Below are positions 12,861 through 23,566 of a stretch of DNA of 64,000 nucleotides, one piece after another; position 1 is the stretch's first letter; every line of letters starts with the position of its first letter. Under the pieces are notes generated by a model. The model worked only from the letters and a program-made list of their open reading frames with translations. It was not told where the DNA came from and searched no databases. Source of the stretch: an uncultured Chloroflexia bacterium. GTDB lineage: Bacteria > Chloroflexota > Dehalococcoidia > DSTF01 > JALHUB01. The position numbers and the translations under genes are program-made. The stretch lies in assembly GCA_963726245.1 (NCBI GenBank), contig CAVSBT010000017.1:150240-214239 (forward strand), read 5' to 3'.

Positions 12861-13845
12861 GGCGCCCTCCTACGATCATCCCCTTCACGGCCTGCGACGA
12901 TCTGCTCTTCTGAGGGCAGGGCGGCCGTCTCCAGGCGCTTGTTGTAGGGCATGGGCACGTCGGCGCCGCAGACGCGGGCCACCGGCGCGTCCAGGTAGTC
13001 GAAGGCGCGCTCCTGGATGAGGCTGGAGATCTCGCCCGCGAAGCCGCCCGTGCGCCAGTCGTCCTCCACCACCACCGCGCGGCTCGTCTTCTTGACCGAC
13101 TCGACGACGGTGTCGATGTCCAGCGGCCGCAGCGTGCGCAGGTCGATGACCTCCGCCTCCAGCCCCTTCTCGGCCAGCATGGCGGCGGCCCGCAGCGACT
13201 GGTGGACGCTCCCCGAGTAGCCGACGATGGTCACGTCGCGCCCCTGGCGGCGGACGTTGGCCTGCCCGAAGGGGACGTGGTAGTCGTCCTCCGGCACCTC
13301 GCCTTTCATGGCGTAGAGGGCGGTGTGCTCGATGAAGATGACGGGGTTTTCGTCGCGGAGGGCGGTCTTCAGGAGACCCTTGGCGTCGTAGGGGGTAGCG
13401 GGCACGACCACCTTGAGGCCGGGGACGTGGGCGTACCAGCCCTCCAGGCTGTGCGAGTGCTGGGCGCTGAGCTGGCTGCCGCCGCCGCTGGCCATGCGAA
13501 CCACCAGCGGCACGTTTATCTGGCCGTCCCGACATGTAGTGGAGCTTGGAGGCGTTGTTGATGATCTGGTCGATGGCGAGGAAGCTGAAGTTGATGGTCA
13601 TCAGCTCCACGATGGGCCTCAGCCCGCCCATGGCCGCGCCGATGCCGGCGCCGACGACCACCGACTCCGAGATGGGCGTATCGCGCACGCGCTCGGGCCC
13701 GAACTCCTCCAGCAGGCCCGCGGGTGACGCCGTAGGAGCCGCCGTAGGCGCCGATGTCCTCGCCCATGAGGATGACGCGCTCGTCGCTCAGCAGCGCCTC
13801 GCGGATGGTCTGGCGCAACGCTTCTCGAAAGGTGATCTCAGCCAT
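12857..13845 (-). CDS. pdhB: Pyruvate dehydrogenase E1 beta subunit (frameshifted)
   Basis: [36 protein letters not shown]. Confidence 0.93.
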
Positions 13846-13847
13846 CG

Positions 13848-14856
13848 CTAGGAGGAACTCCCCTCCTTGTAGACGTGCTCGTACAGCGCCTCCGGTGGCG
13901 GCTCCGGGCTCTCATCGGCGAAGCGCACGGCCTCGTTGACTGCTGACTCGACGCCGTCCTCCAGAGACCGGGCCTCCTTCTCCGTGATGAGCCCCTTCTC
14001 CTCCAGGTAGCGACGAAAGCGGAGGATGGGGTCCTGGGCCTTCCAGCGCTCCACCTCCGCCTTGTCCCGGTAGAACTCCGGGTCGGCCATCGAGTGGCCG
14101 CGGAAGCGGTAGGTGATCGCTTCCAGGAAGTAGGGGCCGTTGCCGCCGCGGGCTGACTCGACGGCGCGGCGCGCGGCCTCGCGCACGGCCAGCACGTCCA
14201 TGCCGTCCACGCGCTCGGCGGGGATGTTGTAGGCGCAGGCGCGCTTGTAGACCTCCGGCTCGGCGGAGACGCGGCGCACGTCGGTGCCCATGCCGTAGAG
14301 GTTGTTCTCGCAGAGGAAGACGACGGGCAGCTTCCAGACCGACGGCCAGGTTCAGCGACTCGTGGAACTCGCCCTGGTTGACGGCGCCGTCGCCGAGGAT
14401 GTTGAGGACGATGCGGCCGTTCTTCAGGTGCGAGGACGCCAGGGCCAGGCCCACCGCCAGCGGCATGTGCCCGCCGACGATGGCGTAGCCGCCCATGAAG
14501 CCGCGCTTCACGTCGAAGAGGTGCATGGAGCCGCCGCGGCCGCCGCTCACGCCGGTCGCGCGCCGAACAGCTCGGCCATGATGCGGCCCGGCTCGACGCC
14601 GCGGGCCAGGGCGTGGCCGTGCTCCCGGTAGTGGCTGACGACGTAGTCGCTGGGGCCGAGGGCGGAGATGGCGCCCACCGCCACGGCCTCCTGGCCGATG
14701 TAGAGGTGCAGGAAGCCCCCGATCTTGCTGCGGGCGTACATCTCCGCCGCCTTCTCCTCGAAGCGGCGGATGAGCATCATCTGGCGCAGCAGGTCGATGA
14801 GTTGCCCTTTGTCGGGCTGCGTCCTTCGCGGTGCGATTACGTGCTCGAGTGGCCAT
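13848..14856 (-). CDS. pdhA: Pyruvate dehydrogenase E1 alpha subunit (frameshifted)
   Basis: [25 protein letters not shown] motif, [11 protein letters not shown]. Confidence 0.93.
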
Positions 14857-14866
14857 ATCCTCGGTC

Positions 14867-14926
14867 GTAGGGGCGTCCCTCCGTGGTCGCCCAGCCGTAG
14901 GGGCAGGGACGGGGCCCTGCCCCTAC
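14867..14926. repeat. REP-like GTAGGGGC palindromic doublet
   Basis: GTAGGGGCGTCCCTCCGTGGTCGCCC and GTAGGGGCAGGGACGGGGCCCTGCCCCTAC; related copies at 24251, 35000, 38701, 57732. Confidence 0.75.
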
Positions 14927-16331
14927 GGCTGGCGCTCCTCCCTCCAGAAGTGGATGGCCTGCCCGTAGGCGCCCAGGGCCGCCTCTTTGAAGGCCTCCGA
15001 GAGCGTAGGGTGGGCGTGGACCGTCAGGCCTACCTCGCGGGCCGTGGCCTCCATGAGGGTGCCGAGGGAGGCCTCGGCCAGGAGCTCCGTCACCTCCGGC
15101 CCGACCATGTGGCAGCCCAGCAGGTCGCCCCCGTCGGCATCGACCACCAGCTTGATCACGCCCTCGGTCTGGCCCAGGGCGGTCGCCTTGGCGTTAGCGC
15201 GGAAGGGGAAGCGGCCTATCTTGACCGAGCGGCCCTGCTCGCGGGCCTGGGCCTCCGTCAGGCCGATGCTGGCCACCTGGGGCTGGCAGAAGGTGGCGCG
15301 AGGCATCTTGACGTAATCCAGAGCCGGCGGGTCCTGCCCGGCGATGCCCTCGACGGCGGCGACGCCTTGCGCCGACGCCACGTGAGCCAGCATCAGCTTG
15401 CCCGTGACGTCGCCGATGGCGTACACGCCGGGGACGCTGGTCTGCATCCGCTCGTCGATCTGGACGAAGCCCTTTTCCAGCGCGATGCCCAGCTTGTCGA
15501 GGCCCAGGGCCTCTGTGCTGGCGGCCATGCCGACGGCCATCAGCACGCGGCTCGGCGCGCAGCTCCTCCTCGCGGCCGCCGGCGCTGACCTGGACGGCGG
15601 CGCCGGCCCTTGCCCAACTGCACGCCCTGCACGCGGGCCGAGGTCAGGCTGCGGATGCCCTGCTGCTCGAAGGCGCGCGCCAGCCGCTGGCTGATCTCCT
15701 CGTCCTCGGTGGGCAGCAGGCGGTCCAGCATCTCGACAATGGTGACCTGGCTGCCGTAGGCGCGGTAGAGGTAGGCGAACTCCGCTCCCACGGGCCCGCC
15801 GCCGACGATGACGATGGACTCCGGCGCCTCTTTCAGTTCCAGGGCCTCGCGGCTGGTGATGACAACCTTGCCGTCGATGTCGACGCCCGGGATGCTGCGG
15901 GCGTGGGCGCCGGTGGCGACGATGACGTGGTCGGCCTCGACCGACGCCGCCGGCGAGGCGATCACCTCGACCTCGTGGGGGCTCTGGAGGCGGCCGGCGC
16001 CGCTGATCACGTCCACCTTGTTGCGCTTCAGGAGGAATTCCACCCCCTTCACTGTGCGCTCCACCACCTGCCGGCTGCGCTCGACGGCCTTGCTCAGGTC
16101 GAAGCGCAGGTCGCCGGTGGTGACGCCGAACTCGTCGGCGCGCTGGAAGAGGTGGATGACTTCGGCGTTCCAGAGGAGGGCCTTGCTGGGGACGCAGCCC
16201 CAGTTCAGGCAGAGCCCGCCGACGCGGTCCTTCTCGATGAGGGCCGTCTTCAGGCCCAGCTGGGCGGCGCGGATGGCGGCCACGTAGCCGCCGGGCCCCG
16301 CCCCGATGATAGCCAGGTCGTACTTGGCCAT
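14923..16331 (-). CDS. lpdA: Dihydrolipoyl dehydrogenase E3 (frameshifted near 15550-15610)
   Basis: [19 protein letters not shown] redox motif, HAHPTLSE. Confidence 0.95.
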
Positions 16332-16352
16332 GGTGACCGTCCTCGAACTCCT

Positions 16353-17306
16353 CTAGCCGCCGCCCTCGAGGGTCGGCTGCACGGGTATCGTCTCTACCAG
16401 CGGCGGAGGCTCGCGGCCCGCCTCGCGCAGCATCAGGCCGACCTGCTGGTGGGCGTGGTAGGAGCTCCGCACCAGCGGGCCGGCCTCCACGTGCTGGAAG
16501 CCCAGCCGGCGCCCTTCGTCCGCGATCTCGGCGAACTCCTCCGGCGGCACGAAGCGCTCCACCGGCAGGTGCTTCTGAGACGGTCGCAGGTACTGCCCGA
16601 TGGTGACGACGTCGCAGCCCGCGCTGCGCAGGTCTGCCAGGACCTCCCTCACCTCTTCCCGCGTCTCGCCCAGGCCAAGCATCATGCCGGACTTGCTGAG
16701 CATCGAGGCGTCCATCTCCTTGACCGCGGCCAGCAGAGCTAGGGAGCGCTCGTAGCGGGCCTTGGGACGCACGCGCCGGTAGAGGCGCGGCACGGTCTCG
16801 ACGTTGTGGTTGAGCACGAAGGGCCTCGCCTCCACCACCGCGGCCAGCGCCTCGCGGTCGCCCAGGAAGTCGGGGATCAGCACCTCCACGCGGCAGTCGG
16901 GCCGGCGGGCGCGGATGGCGCGGATGCAGGCGGCGAACATGCCCGCGCCGCCATCCGGCAGGTCGTCCCGGTTCACGGAGGTGATGACCACGTAGTCCAG
17001 CCCCAGCACGTCGACGGTGCGGGCGAGGCGGTGCGGCTCCAGGAGGTCGAGGCCCTGGGGCCGCCCGGAGGTGACGGCGCAGAAGCCGCAGCTTCGGGTG
17101 CAGGTGTCGCCCAGGATCATGAAGGTGGCGGTGCCGTGGTTGAAGCACTCGCCGATGTTGGGGCAGCGGGCCTCCTCGCAGACCGTGTGCAGTTCGCGGC
17201 TGCGCAGCAGGCCCTTGATCTCGCCGTAGCGCTCGCCGGCGGGGAAGCGCACCTTGAGCCAGGGCGGAAGCCGGCGGCCGTTGTTGGCGGGGGACATCGT
17301 CTCCAT
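16353..17306 (-). CDS. lipA: Lipoyl synthase
   Basis: CEEARCPNIGEC, CTRSCGFC, VRSSY motifs. Confidence 0.97.
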   Translation of the reverse strand: METMSPANNGRRLPPWLKVRFPAGERYGEIKGLLRSRELHTVCEEARCPNIGECFNHGTATFMILGDTCTRSCGFCAVTSGRPQGLDLLEPHRLARTVDVLGLDYVVITSVNRDDLPDGGAGMFAACIRAIRARRPDCRVEVLIPDFLGDREALAAVVEARPFVLNHNVETVPRLYRRVRPKARYERSLALLAAVKEMDASMLSKSGMMLGLGETREEVREVLADLRSAGCDVVTIGQYLRPSQKHLPVERFVPPEEFAEIADEGRRLGFQHVEAGPLVRSSYHAHQQVGLMLREAGREPPPLVETIPVQPTLEGGG

Positions 17307-18016
17307 CAGGCTCCTCCAGACGCGACGGTGGCCTCATCGCGGGCGGGCAGTCCGTCCTTCGCCTCGACCATCTCCAGGCCGAAGACGCGCCCCAGGCTGT
17401 CGATGACCAGCTCCTCCACGTCCGGCAGGGGGACCGGGCGACCCACGAGGCGCTCGACGGAGGTGACGCCGGCGTCGACAAGGCCGCAGGGCACGATGTG
17501 CGCGAAGTAGGAGAGGTCGGGGCTCACGTTCAGGGCGAAGCCGTGGCTGGTGACGCCCCGCGAGACGCGCACGCCGATGGCCGCTACCTTGGCGGCGCCC
17601 ACCCAGACGCCGGGCCGGCCCTCGACGCGGCCGGCGGCGATGCCCAAAGCGGCCAGCGTGTCGATAAGGGCCTCCTCTAGCCTGCGCACGTACCAGCTCG
17701 GGCCTTCGCGCCAGTCGTTGAGCCGGAAGATGGGGTAGCCCACGATCTGCCCCGGCCCATGGAAGGTGACGTCGCCGCCGCGGTCAACGCGATGTACCTG
17801 CGCCCCAAGCCGGGTCAGCGCCTCCTCGGAGGCGAGAAGGTGTTCGGACTTGCCGCGCACGCCCAGGGTGTAGGTGGGAGGATGCTGGAGAAGAATGAGC
17901 ACGTGCGAAGAGCGGCCGTCGCCCACGGCGTCGACCGCCTGCCGCTGCATCTCCCAGCCCTCCGCGTAATCGGTGAGGCCGCGGCGAAACACCAGGCACT
18001 GCCTGAAAGGGGACAT
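17306..18016 (-). CDS. lipB: Lipoyl(octanoyl) transferase
   Basis: HPPTYTLG, RGGDVTFHGPGQ, KVAAIG, HGFALN, PCG; start codon uncertain. Confidence 0.95.
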   Translation of the reverse strand: MSPFRQCLVFRRGLTDYAEGWEMQRQAVDAVGDGRSSHVLILLQHPPTYTLGVRGKSEHLLASEEALTRLGAQVHRVDRGGDVTFHGPGQIVGYPIFRLNDWREGPSWYVRRLEEALIDTLAALGIAAGRVEGRPGVWVGAAKVAAIGVRVSRGVTSHGFALNVSPDLSYFAHIVPCGLVDAGVTSVERLVGRPVPLPDVEELVIDSLGRVFGLEMVEAKDGLPARDEATVASGGA

Positions 18017-18100
18017 TCCCACCAAGAAATGATAGCACACCGCAGGTCCGGGCCGGACAGGGTGGGTCAAGATCAGAGGACGAAGATCGGTCTGGAAGGA

Positions 18101-18323
18101 GTCTTGCCGCCGGGCGGGGTCGGCGGCAAGACGGCGGGCCAGGAGGGCTCCAGGGGCCCCTCCCGGCCCGCTACGCCGGGGGCCCAGTGAAAACGTCAGA
18201 GATTCCTATGGCTGCGGCGGGGACCACTCTCATAGACCGGTTGGGTTCTCTGACGCCGACCCACTGAGCTCCGCGGCCAGGCGGGCCAGGAGGGGGCGGC
18301 GAGACCTAAACCCCTTAGGCCTC
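18101..18323 (-). ncRNA. Candidate structured leader RNA upstream of the lipB-pdh operon
   Basis: Long nested hairpin 18157-18295, 15-nt direct repeat at 18133-18147/18280-18294, perfect 12-bp hairpin 18101-18132; family not recognised, strand inferred. Confidence 0.45.
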
Positions 18324-18508
18324 TTTTCCCCTTGCTGATAGTGAATGATGCCGCCAGCGGCGTTCGCGAACAATTAGGGAATACCCTGATTCTTGGCAGG
18401 CAGCGGCGAAAGGGGCGCCGGTGGCTGGTGCACGGGGGCTCGCCGACGACCAGTCTGGCGCGCTATACTGCCCACCAAGAAACCCTCGTGGCGGGCAAGG
18501 AGAGTGGC

Positions 18509-19330
18509 ATGACATCGCGAGGGGACAGGGAGCAACTGCAGAACAGGCCGATAGGGATATTCGACTCCGGCGTCGGCGGGCTCACCGTCTGGCGGGCCGT
18601 ACGCCGTCTGCTGCCCCGCGAGAGCCTCATCTTCCTGGCCGACGTTGCCCACGTCCCCTACGGCGAGAAGACGGCCGAGGAGCTGCGTCGCCTCGCCGCC
18701 GACATCGTACGCTTCTTCCTCCGTCAGAACGTCAAGATGGTGGTGGTGGCCTGCAACACAGCGACCGTCTACACCATCGACTACCTGCGACAGCAGTTCC
18801 CCGATGTGCCGTTCGTGGGGGTTGTGCCGGTGGTCAAGACGCTGGCCCGTCTCACCCACAGCAAGCGCATCGCCGTCCTCTCGACGCCCGCCACGTCGCG
18901 CAGCGCCTATTTGGAGCAGCTCATCGAGGAGTTCGCACCGGACCTGGAGGTCACCAACGTGGGCTGCGACGGCCTCGAAGACCTAATCGAAAGCGGCACC
19001 ATCCGCGGCCGCAAGGTCACGGATCTGCTGCGGCGCCACCTGGCCCCGGTCATGGCCGCCCAGCCCGACGTGGTGGGCCTGGGCTGCACCCACTATCCCT
19101 TCCTGCGGGCCCGCATCAAGAAGATCCTGGGACCGGAAGTGCGCGTCTACGACCCCTCCAGGCCGGTGGCGCGCAGGGTCCGCCAGCTACTCACCGCGTC
19201 CTCCCAGCTTGCCACGCAGGAGGAGCCGGCCTTCCGCTTCTACACGACGGGCGACGCCGAACGCTTCGCAGCCGTCGCCAGCAAGCTGCTGCGCCTCCCG
19301 GTCCGCGAGGCGGGCCACATCGACCTGTGA
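18509..19330 (+). CDS. murI: Glutamate racemase
   Basis: IGIFDSGVGGLTV, VACNTAT, LGCTHYP motifs. Confidence 0.95.
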   Translation: MTSRGDREQLQNRPIGIFDSGVGGLTVWRAVRRLLPRESLIFLADVAHVPYGEKTAEELRRLAADIVRFFLRQNVKMVVVACNTATVYTIDYLRQQFPDVPFVGVVPVVKTLARLTHSKRIAVLSTPATSRSAYLEQLIEEFAPDLEVTNVGCDGLEDLIESGTIRGRKVTDLLRRHLAPVMAAQPDVVGLGCTHYPFLRARIKKILGPEVRVYDPSRPVARRVRQLLTASSQLATQEEPAFRFYTTGDAERFAAVASKLLRLPVREAGHIDL

Positions 19331-19336
19331 TGCGGC

Positions 19337-19457
19337 CGTAAGGACGAACCTTCAGGTTCGTCCGCTCTTGCACCGCAGAGGGCACCGCCTCGTAGCTGCA
19401 GGGCTTCAGCCCTGCCAGAGAGCAGTCCCGAGGGCAGACCTGAAGGTCTGCAGCTAC
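19337..19457. repeat. Cluster of REP-like hairpins (CTTCAG/CTGAAG loop family)
   Basis: GGACGAACCTTCAGGTTCGTCC, GCAGGGCTTCAGCCCTGC, GCAGACCTGAAGGTCTGC...CTAC between convergent genes. Confidence 0.7.
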
Positions 19458-19498
19458 GGTGGTGGATCGCAGAGTCATCTCCCGGCCGCAAGCGGGCG

Positions 19499-20530
19499 CT
19501 ACGGCACCACCACCAGCTTCCCGAAGAAGTCGCTGGAGGCCATGGTCTCGAAGGCGCGGCGTGCCTCCGAGAGGGGGAAGGTGCGCGCCACGCTGGTTCG
19601 CAGCTCGCCCCTCTCCAGGAGCCGCAGCACGTCCAGCACGTCGGCCTTCGTACCCATCGTGGAGCCCAGGATGGAGAGCTGGCGGGTGAAGAGCTGCCCC
19701 ATGTGCAGCTCGACGCGGTGGCCGCTGCTGACGCCGCAGTTCACCAGCCGCCCGCCGACAGCCAGTGAGGCGAAGTTCCTCTCCCACACCGAGGCCCCGA
19801 TGTGGTCGACGATCACGTCTACGCCGCGCCCTCCGGTCAGCGCCAGGACGCGCTGCGAGAAGTCCTCGGTCTGGTAGTTGATGGCCTGCTCGGCGCCCAG
19901 TTCTCGGGCGAGCGCCAGCTTCTCGTCGCTGCCGGCGGTGGCGAAGACGCGCGCTCCCAGGCGGCGTGCGATCTGGATGGCGGCGCTGCCGACGCCGCTG
20001 CCGGCCGCCATCACGAGCACGTCCTCGCCGGGCTGGAGGCGGGCGCGGCCCACCAGCATGTGCCAGGCCGTCACGAAGGTCGTGGGCACGCTGGCCCCTT
20101 CCTCGAACGACAGGTTCGCGGGCAGGGGATAGACGTTGTCTATGGGAACCCGGGCCAGCTCGGCCAGGCCCCCGTCCGACGAGAGGCCGATGATCCAGGC
20201 CCGCACGCACTGGTTGTCGCGGCCCCGCCGGCAGGGCTCGCACCGGCCGCAGGACACGTGCGGGTAGACCAGCACGCGGTCGCCGGGCTGGAAGGCGTCG
20301 CCGGCGTCCTCACCGAGCGCGGCCACCTCTCCCGCGAAGTCGCGGCCCAGGATGTGCGGGCACTGGAGCCGCACCCCCTTCCGGCCCATGACTGCGAAGA
20401 GGTCCACGCGATTGAGGGAGCAGGCCCTCACCCTGATCAGCGCCTCGCGACGGTCGGGCGTGGGGTCGGGCCTATCGCCGTAGTGCAGATGGTCCAGGCT
20501 GCCCTGCTCGACAAGGAACGCTGCCTTCAT
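19499..20530 (-). CDS. Zinc-binding MDR-family dehydrogenase / quinone oxidoreductase
   Basis: LNRVD, CGRCEPCRRGRDNQC structural zinc site, AAGSGVG, GKLVV. Confidence 0.88.
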   Translation of the reverse strand: MKAAFLVEQGSLDHLHYGDRPDPTPDRREALIRVRACSLNRVDLFAVMGRKGVRLQCPHILGRDFAGEVAALGEDAGDAFQPGDRVLVYPHVSCGRCEPCRRGRDNQCVRAWIIGLSSDGGLAELARVPIDNVYPLPANLSFEEGASVPTTFVTAWHMLVGRARLQPGEDVLVMAAGSGVGSAAIQIARRLGARVFATAGSDEKLALARELGAEQAINYQTEDFSQRVLALTGGRGVDVIVDHIGASVWERNFASLAVGGRLVNCGVSSGHRVELHMGQLFTRQLSILGSTMGTKADVLDVLRLLERGELRTSVARTFPLSEARRAFETMASSDFFGKLVVVP

Positions 20531-20596
20531 CGCTCACGCCTCCACGTGGAAGGCTGAAGCCTTCCGCTACATCTACGACGGATTCTGGGTGGCGCG

Positions 20597-21289
20597 TCAC
20601 GTCATGGTGCCGAAGAGGCCGCCCTCGCCTTCCTCGAATCGCCAGGCGTAGGTCTGCTTGATGAAGCCCTTGATGACCTTGAGGGTGCCCAGCGGCGCCT
20701 CGGCGATGGTGCCGGCTACTGCCAGAGCCGCGTCGAGCAACCGGTCGGGCGGCACCACCTGGCTCACCAGCCCGATGCGCAGCGCCTCCTGCGCGTCGAT
20801 GCGCCGGCCCGTGAGACAGAGGTCGCGGGCCAGGCCACCGCCGATGATGTCCTTCAGCGGGCCATAGAGTGCGGGCGCGCCGAACTTAATCTCGGGGTGA
20901 GCGAAGGCGGCGTTCTCGGCGGCGATGCGCACGTCGCAGAGAACAGCCAGGTCCATGCCGCCGCCCAGGGCGGGGCCGTTCACGGCCGCCACCAGCGGCT
21001 TGGGGAAGTCGGCCAGCCGCCGGTGGTAGCGGTCCGAGGACTCCTCGACCGCCTTCATCTGGTCTGGCTCGCGGACGGCGAACTCGGAGGTGTCGAAACC
21101 GGCGCAGAAGGCGGGCCCCTGGGCGGCGATGACCAACACGCTCACCTCGTCGTCCGCCTCCAGCTCGCCAAGACAGCGGTCGATCTCGTTGCGCAGGGCG
21201 ATGGAGAGGGCGTTGCGTTTCTCGGGCCGGTTGAGGGTGACCAGCGCCACCTTGTCTTTTTTCTCGACGAGCAGGAACTGGTAGCTCAT
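20597..21289 (-). CDS. Enoyl-CoA hydratase/isomerase family protein
   Basis: LNRPEKRNAL, FCAGFD, NGPALGGG, HPEIKFG. Confidence 0.92.
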   Translation of the reverse strand: MSYQFLLVEKKDKVALVTLNRPEKRNALSIALRNEIDRCLGELEADDEVSVLVIAAQGPAFCAGFDTSEFAVREPDQMKAVEESSDRYHRRLADFPKPLVAAVNGPALGGGMDLAVLCDVRIAAENAAFAHPEIKFGAPALYGPLKDIIGGGLARDLCLTGRRIDAQEALRIGLVSQVVPPDRLLDAALAVAGTIAEAPLGTLKVIKGFIKQTYAWRFEEGEGGLFGTMT

Positions 21290-21367
21290 GTCTCCTCCTG
21301 CGGGTGCGAACAGTAGTCGTGGGGGCGCCCCTCGCGAGCGCGCTTGCGGGTCAGGGGTGAGCCCTAC

Positions 21368-22321
21368 CTACTCATACTCCTGCGCCAGCCCGCTGAGCAC
21401 TTCCTTCGCCTCGCGCATGATGTCCTCTACCACCTGGCCCGCGGGCACGATCTCCTTGATGAGGCCGGAGCCCTGGCCCGCTGGTGAGAGGCCCCAGTCC
21501 ATGTCGCCGCCGAGGATGGCGGCGGCCATCTTCTCGCCGGCTACGAAGACCTGCATAGGAAAGGGTTTGGCCTCGGACTGGCGGTCCTTCCACTCCTCCG
21601 TCCAGCGGTTGCGGATGTTGCGCAGGGACTTGCCAGTGTAGGCGCGGGTGACCACCGTATCGTCGTCGCCGATCTGGACCAGCTTCTGCTTGTAGTTGAG
21701 GTGGACCGCGGCCTCGTAGGTGGCGATGAAGCGCGTGCCGATGAGGACGCCGCAGGCGCCCAAAGCCAGGGCGGCGACGAGGCCGCGGCCGTCGCAGATG
21801 CCGCCGGCAGCGACCACCGGGATGGGCTTGACGGCGTCCACGACCTGCGGCACCAGCGCCATCGCGGCCACGCGACCGGTGTGGCCGCCGGCCTCGTGAC
21901 CCTGGGCGACGATGATGTCGACGCCGTCCTCGGCGCAGCGCCGGGCGTGGCGTACGTTCCCCACGAGGGCCACGATTTTCATTCCCTGCTCGTGCATGCG
22001 CTGCACCCAGGGCCCGGGGGTGCCCAGGCCGGACACGAAGACGGGCACCTTCTCCTCGAAGATGATGTCCATCAGCTCTTCGGTGTTGGGCAAACCCTCG
22101 GCCAGGAGGAGGTCGACGCCGAAGACCTTGCTGGTGCGGCGCTTCGTCTCACGGATCTGGTCGCGGAAGAGGTCAGCTTCCAGCGCAGCGCCGGCCATGA
22201 CGCCCAGGCCGCCCGCGTTGGAGACGGCGGCCGCCAGCTCGGCCAGGGCCACGCCGCCCATGCCGGCCTGGATGATCGGGTACTCGATGCCCAGCAGCTC
22301 GGTCAGTTTGGTCTTGAACAT
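21368..22321 (-). CDS. Nitronate monooxygenase / FabK-like FMN oxidoreductase
   Basis: PIIQAGMG, EAGGH, AAGGICDGRG, GTRF. Confidence 0.88.
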   Translation of the reverse strand: MFKTKLTELLGIEYPIIQAGMGGVALAELAAAVSNAGGLGVMAGAALEADLFRDQIRETKRRTSKVFGVDLLLAEGLPNTEELMDIIFEEKVPVFVSGLGTPGPWVQRMHEQGMKIVALVGNVRHARRCAEDGVDIIVAQGHEAGGHTGRVAAMALVPQVVDAVKPIPVVAAGGICDGRGLVAALALGACGVLIGTRFIATYEAAVHLNYKQKLVQIGDDDTVVTRAYTGKSLRNIRNRWTEEWKDRQSEAKPFPMQVFVAGEKMAAAILGGDMDWGLSPAGQGSGLIKEIVPAGQVVEDIMREAKEVLSGLAQEYE

Positions 22322-22353
22322 GGCCTTCCCTTCCGATGGCGCTGCACCTGTGC

Positions 22354-22727
22354 TCACCGCCTGTACGCGAACACCGGATCGAGCGCTGAGGCACTGAACG
22401 GGGGTGCGGTCGCGGATACGTAGACGAGCGACTTCGTCGCCACTGTTTCTGATCGCATGACCCGTCTGCGGCGGCACGAAGACGAGCGTGCCCGCGACTC
22501 ACCTCTTGCTCCTCGTCTCCCACCTTCATCAGCCCTCGCCCGCGCACGATGACGTACACCTGCTCGTTCTCGGGATGAGCATGCACCGGCTGCTCGCTGT
22601 TCGGCTGGCCCTCCACCCACGTGATCGACAGGTTCTGCGAGCCGAACTGGCCCTTGGTCAGCAGCAGGTACGAGACCTGCCCGCCGCGTGCGTTCTTAGG
22701 GCTGTCTGCCACCGTCTGGGTGTGCAT
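22354..22727 (-). CDS. Cupin domain protein (frameshift near 22495)
   Basis: HAHPENEQVY motif 1; VPPQTGHAIRN motif 2 in another frame. Confidence 0.8.
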
Positions 22728-22823
22728 CCTGATCTCCTTAGATGCCGGGCGGCGCGAGCCGTACAGGGCTCATTTGTCGTTGACAACACATCGGCTTCAC
22801 GACACGCGGCGGGTGACGATACT

Positions 22824-22876
22824 GTAGGGGCCGAGCTTCAGCTCGGCCCTGGACAGAGCTAAAGCTCTGTCCCTAC
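22824..22876. repeat. Inverted REP-like doublet
   Basis: GTAGGGGCCGAGCTTCAGCTCGGCCC and GGACAGAGCTAAAGCTCTGTCCCTAC. Confidence 0.7.
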
Positions 22877-22900
22877 GGTGAACAACCACGTCGGCCAGCC

Positions 22901-23566
22901 TTACAGCTCCATCTCCCGCAGGTCGGGCGGCCGGATGAGGCGCGGCTCCGAGGCCTCCTGCACCTCCTCGAAGGTGACGCCGGGAGCCACCTCCCGCACC
23001 ACCAGGCCCTCGGGAGTCACCTCGATGGCGGCCAGGTTCGTCACCACGAGGTCCACGGCACGGATGGCTGTCAGCGGGTAGGTGCACTCGCGGAGGATGC
23101 GTGGCTGGCCGTCCTTGGTGGTGTGCTCCATCGCTATCACCACCCGGCGGGCGCCGACAGCCAGGTCCATGGCGCCGCCGATGCTGCCCACGGCCTTCTC
23201 GGACACCATCCAGTTCGCCAGGTCGCCCTTCTCGGAGACTTGCAGGCCGCCCAGGACGGTCATATCCACGTGCCCACCGCGGATCATGACGAAGGAGTCG
23301 GCGCTGTGGAAGAAGGAGGCGCCGGGGAGCAGGGTCACGGGCTGGCCGCCGGCGTTGATGAGGTCGGCGTCGATGTGCTCCTCTTCGGCGATGCCGCCAT
23401 AGCCCAGGATGCCGTTCTCGGCCTGGAAGATGACGGTGATGCCCTCGGGGATGAAGTTGGCGACCTGGGTGGGTATTCCGATGCCCAGGTTGACGACCAT
23501 GCCGTCGCGTAGCTCCCGCGCCACCCTCAGCGCGATGAGCTCACGAGTCAAACCAACGGATCTCAT
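22901..23566 (-). CDS. 3-oxoacid CoA-transferase subunit B
   Basis: VNLGIGIP, AENG, GDLANW, GGAMDL. Confidence 0.92.
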   Translation of the reverse strand: MRSVGLTRELIALRVARELRDGMVVNLGIGIPTQVANFIPEGITVIFQAENGILGYGGIAEEEHIDADLINAGGQPVTLLPGASFFHSADSFVMIRGGHVDMTVLGGLQVSEKGDLANWMVSEKAVGSIGGAMDLAVGARRVVIAMEHTTKDGQPRILRECTYPLTAIRAVDLVVTNLAAIEVTPEGLVVREVAPGVTFEEVQEASEPRLIRPPDLREMEL

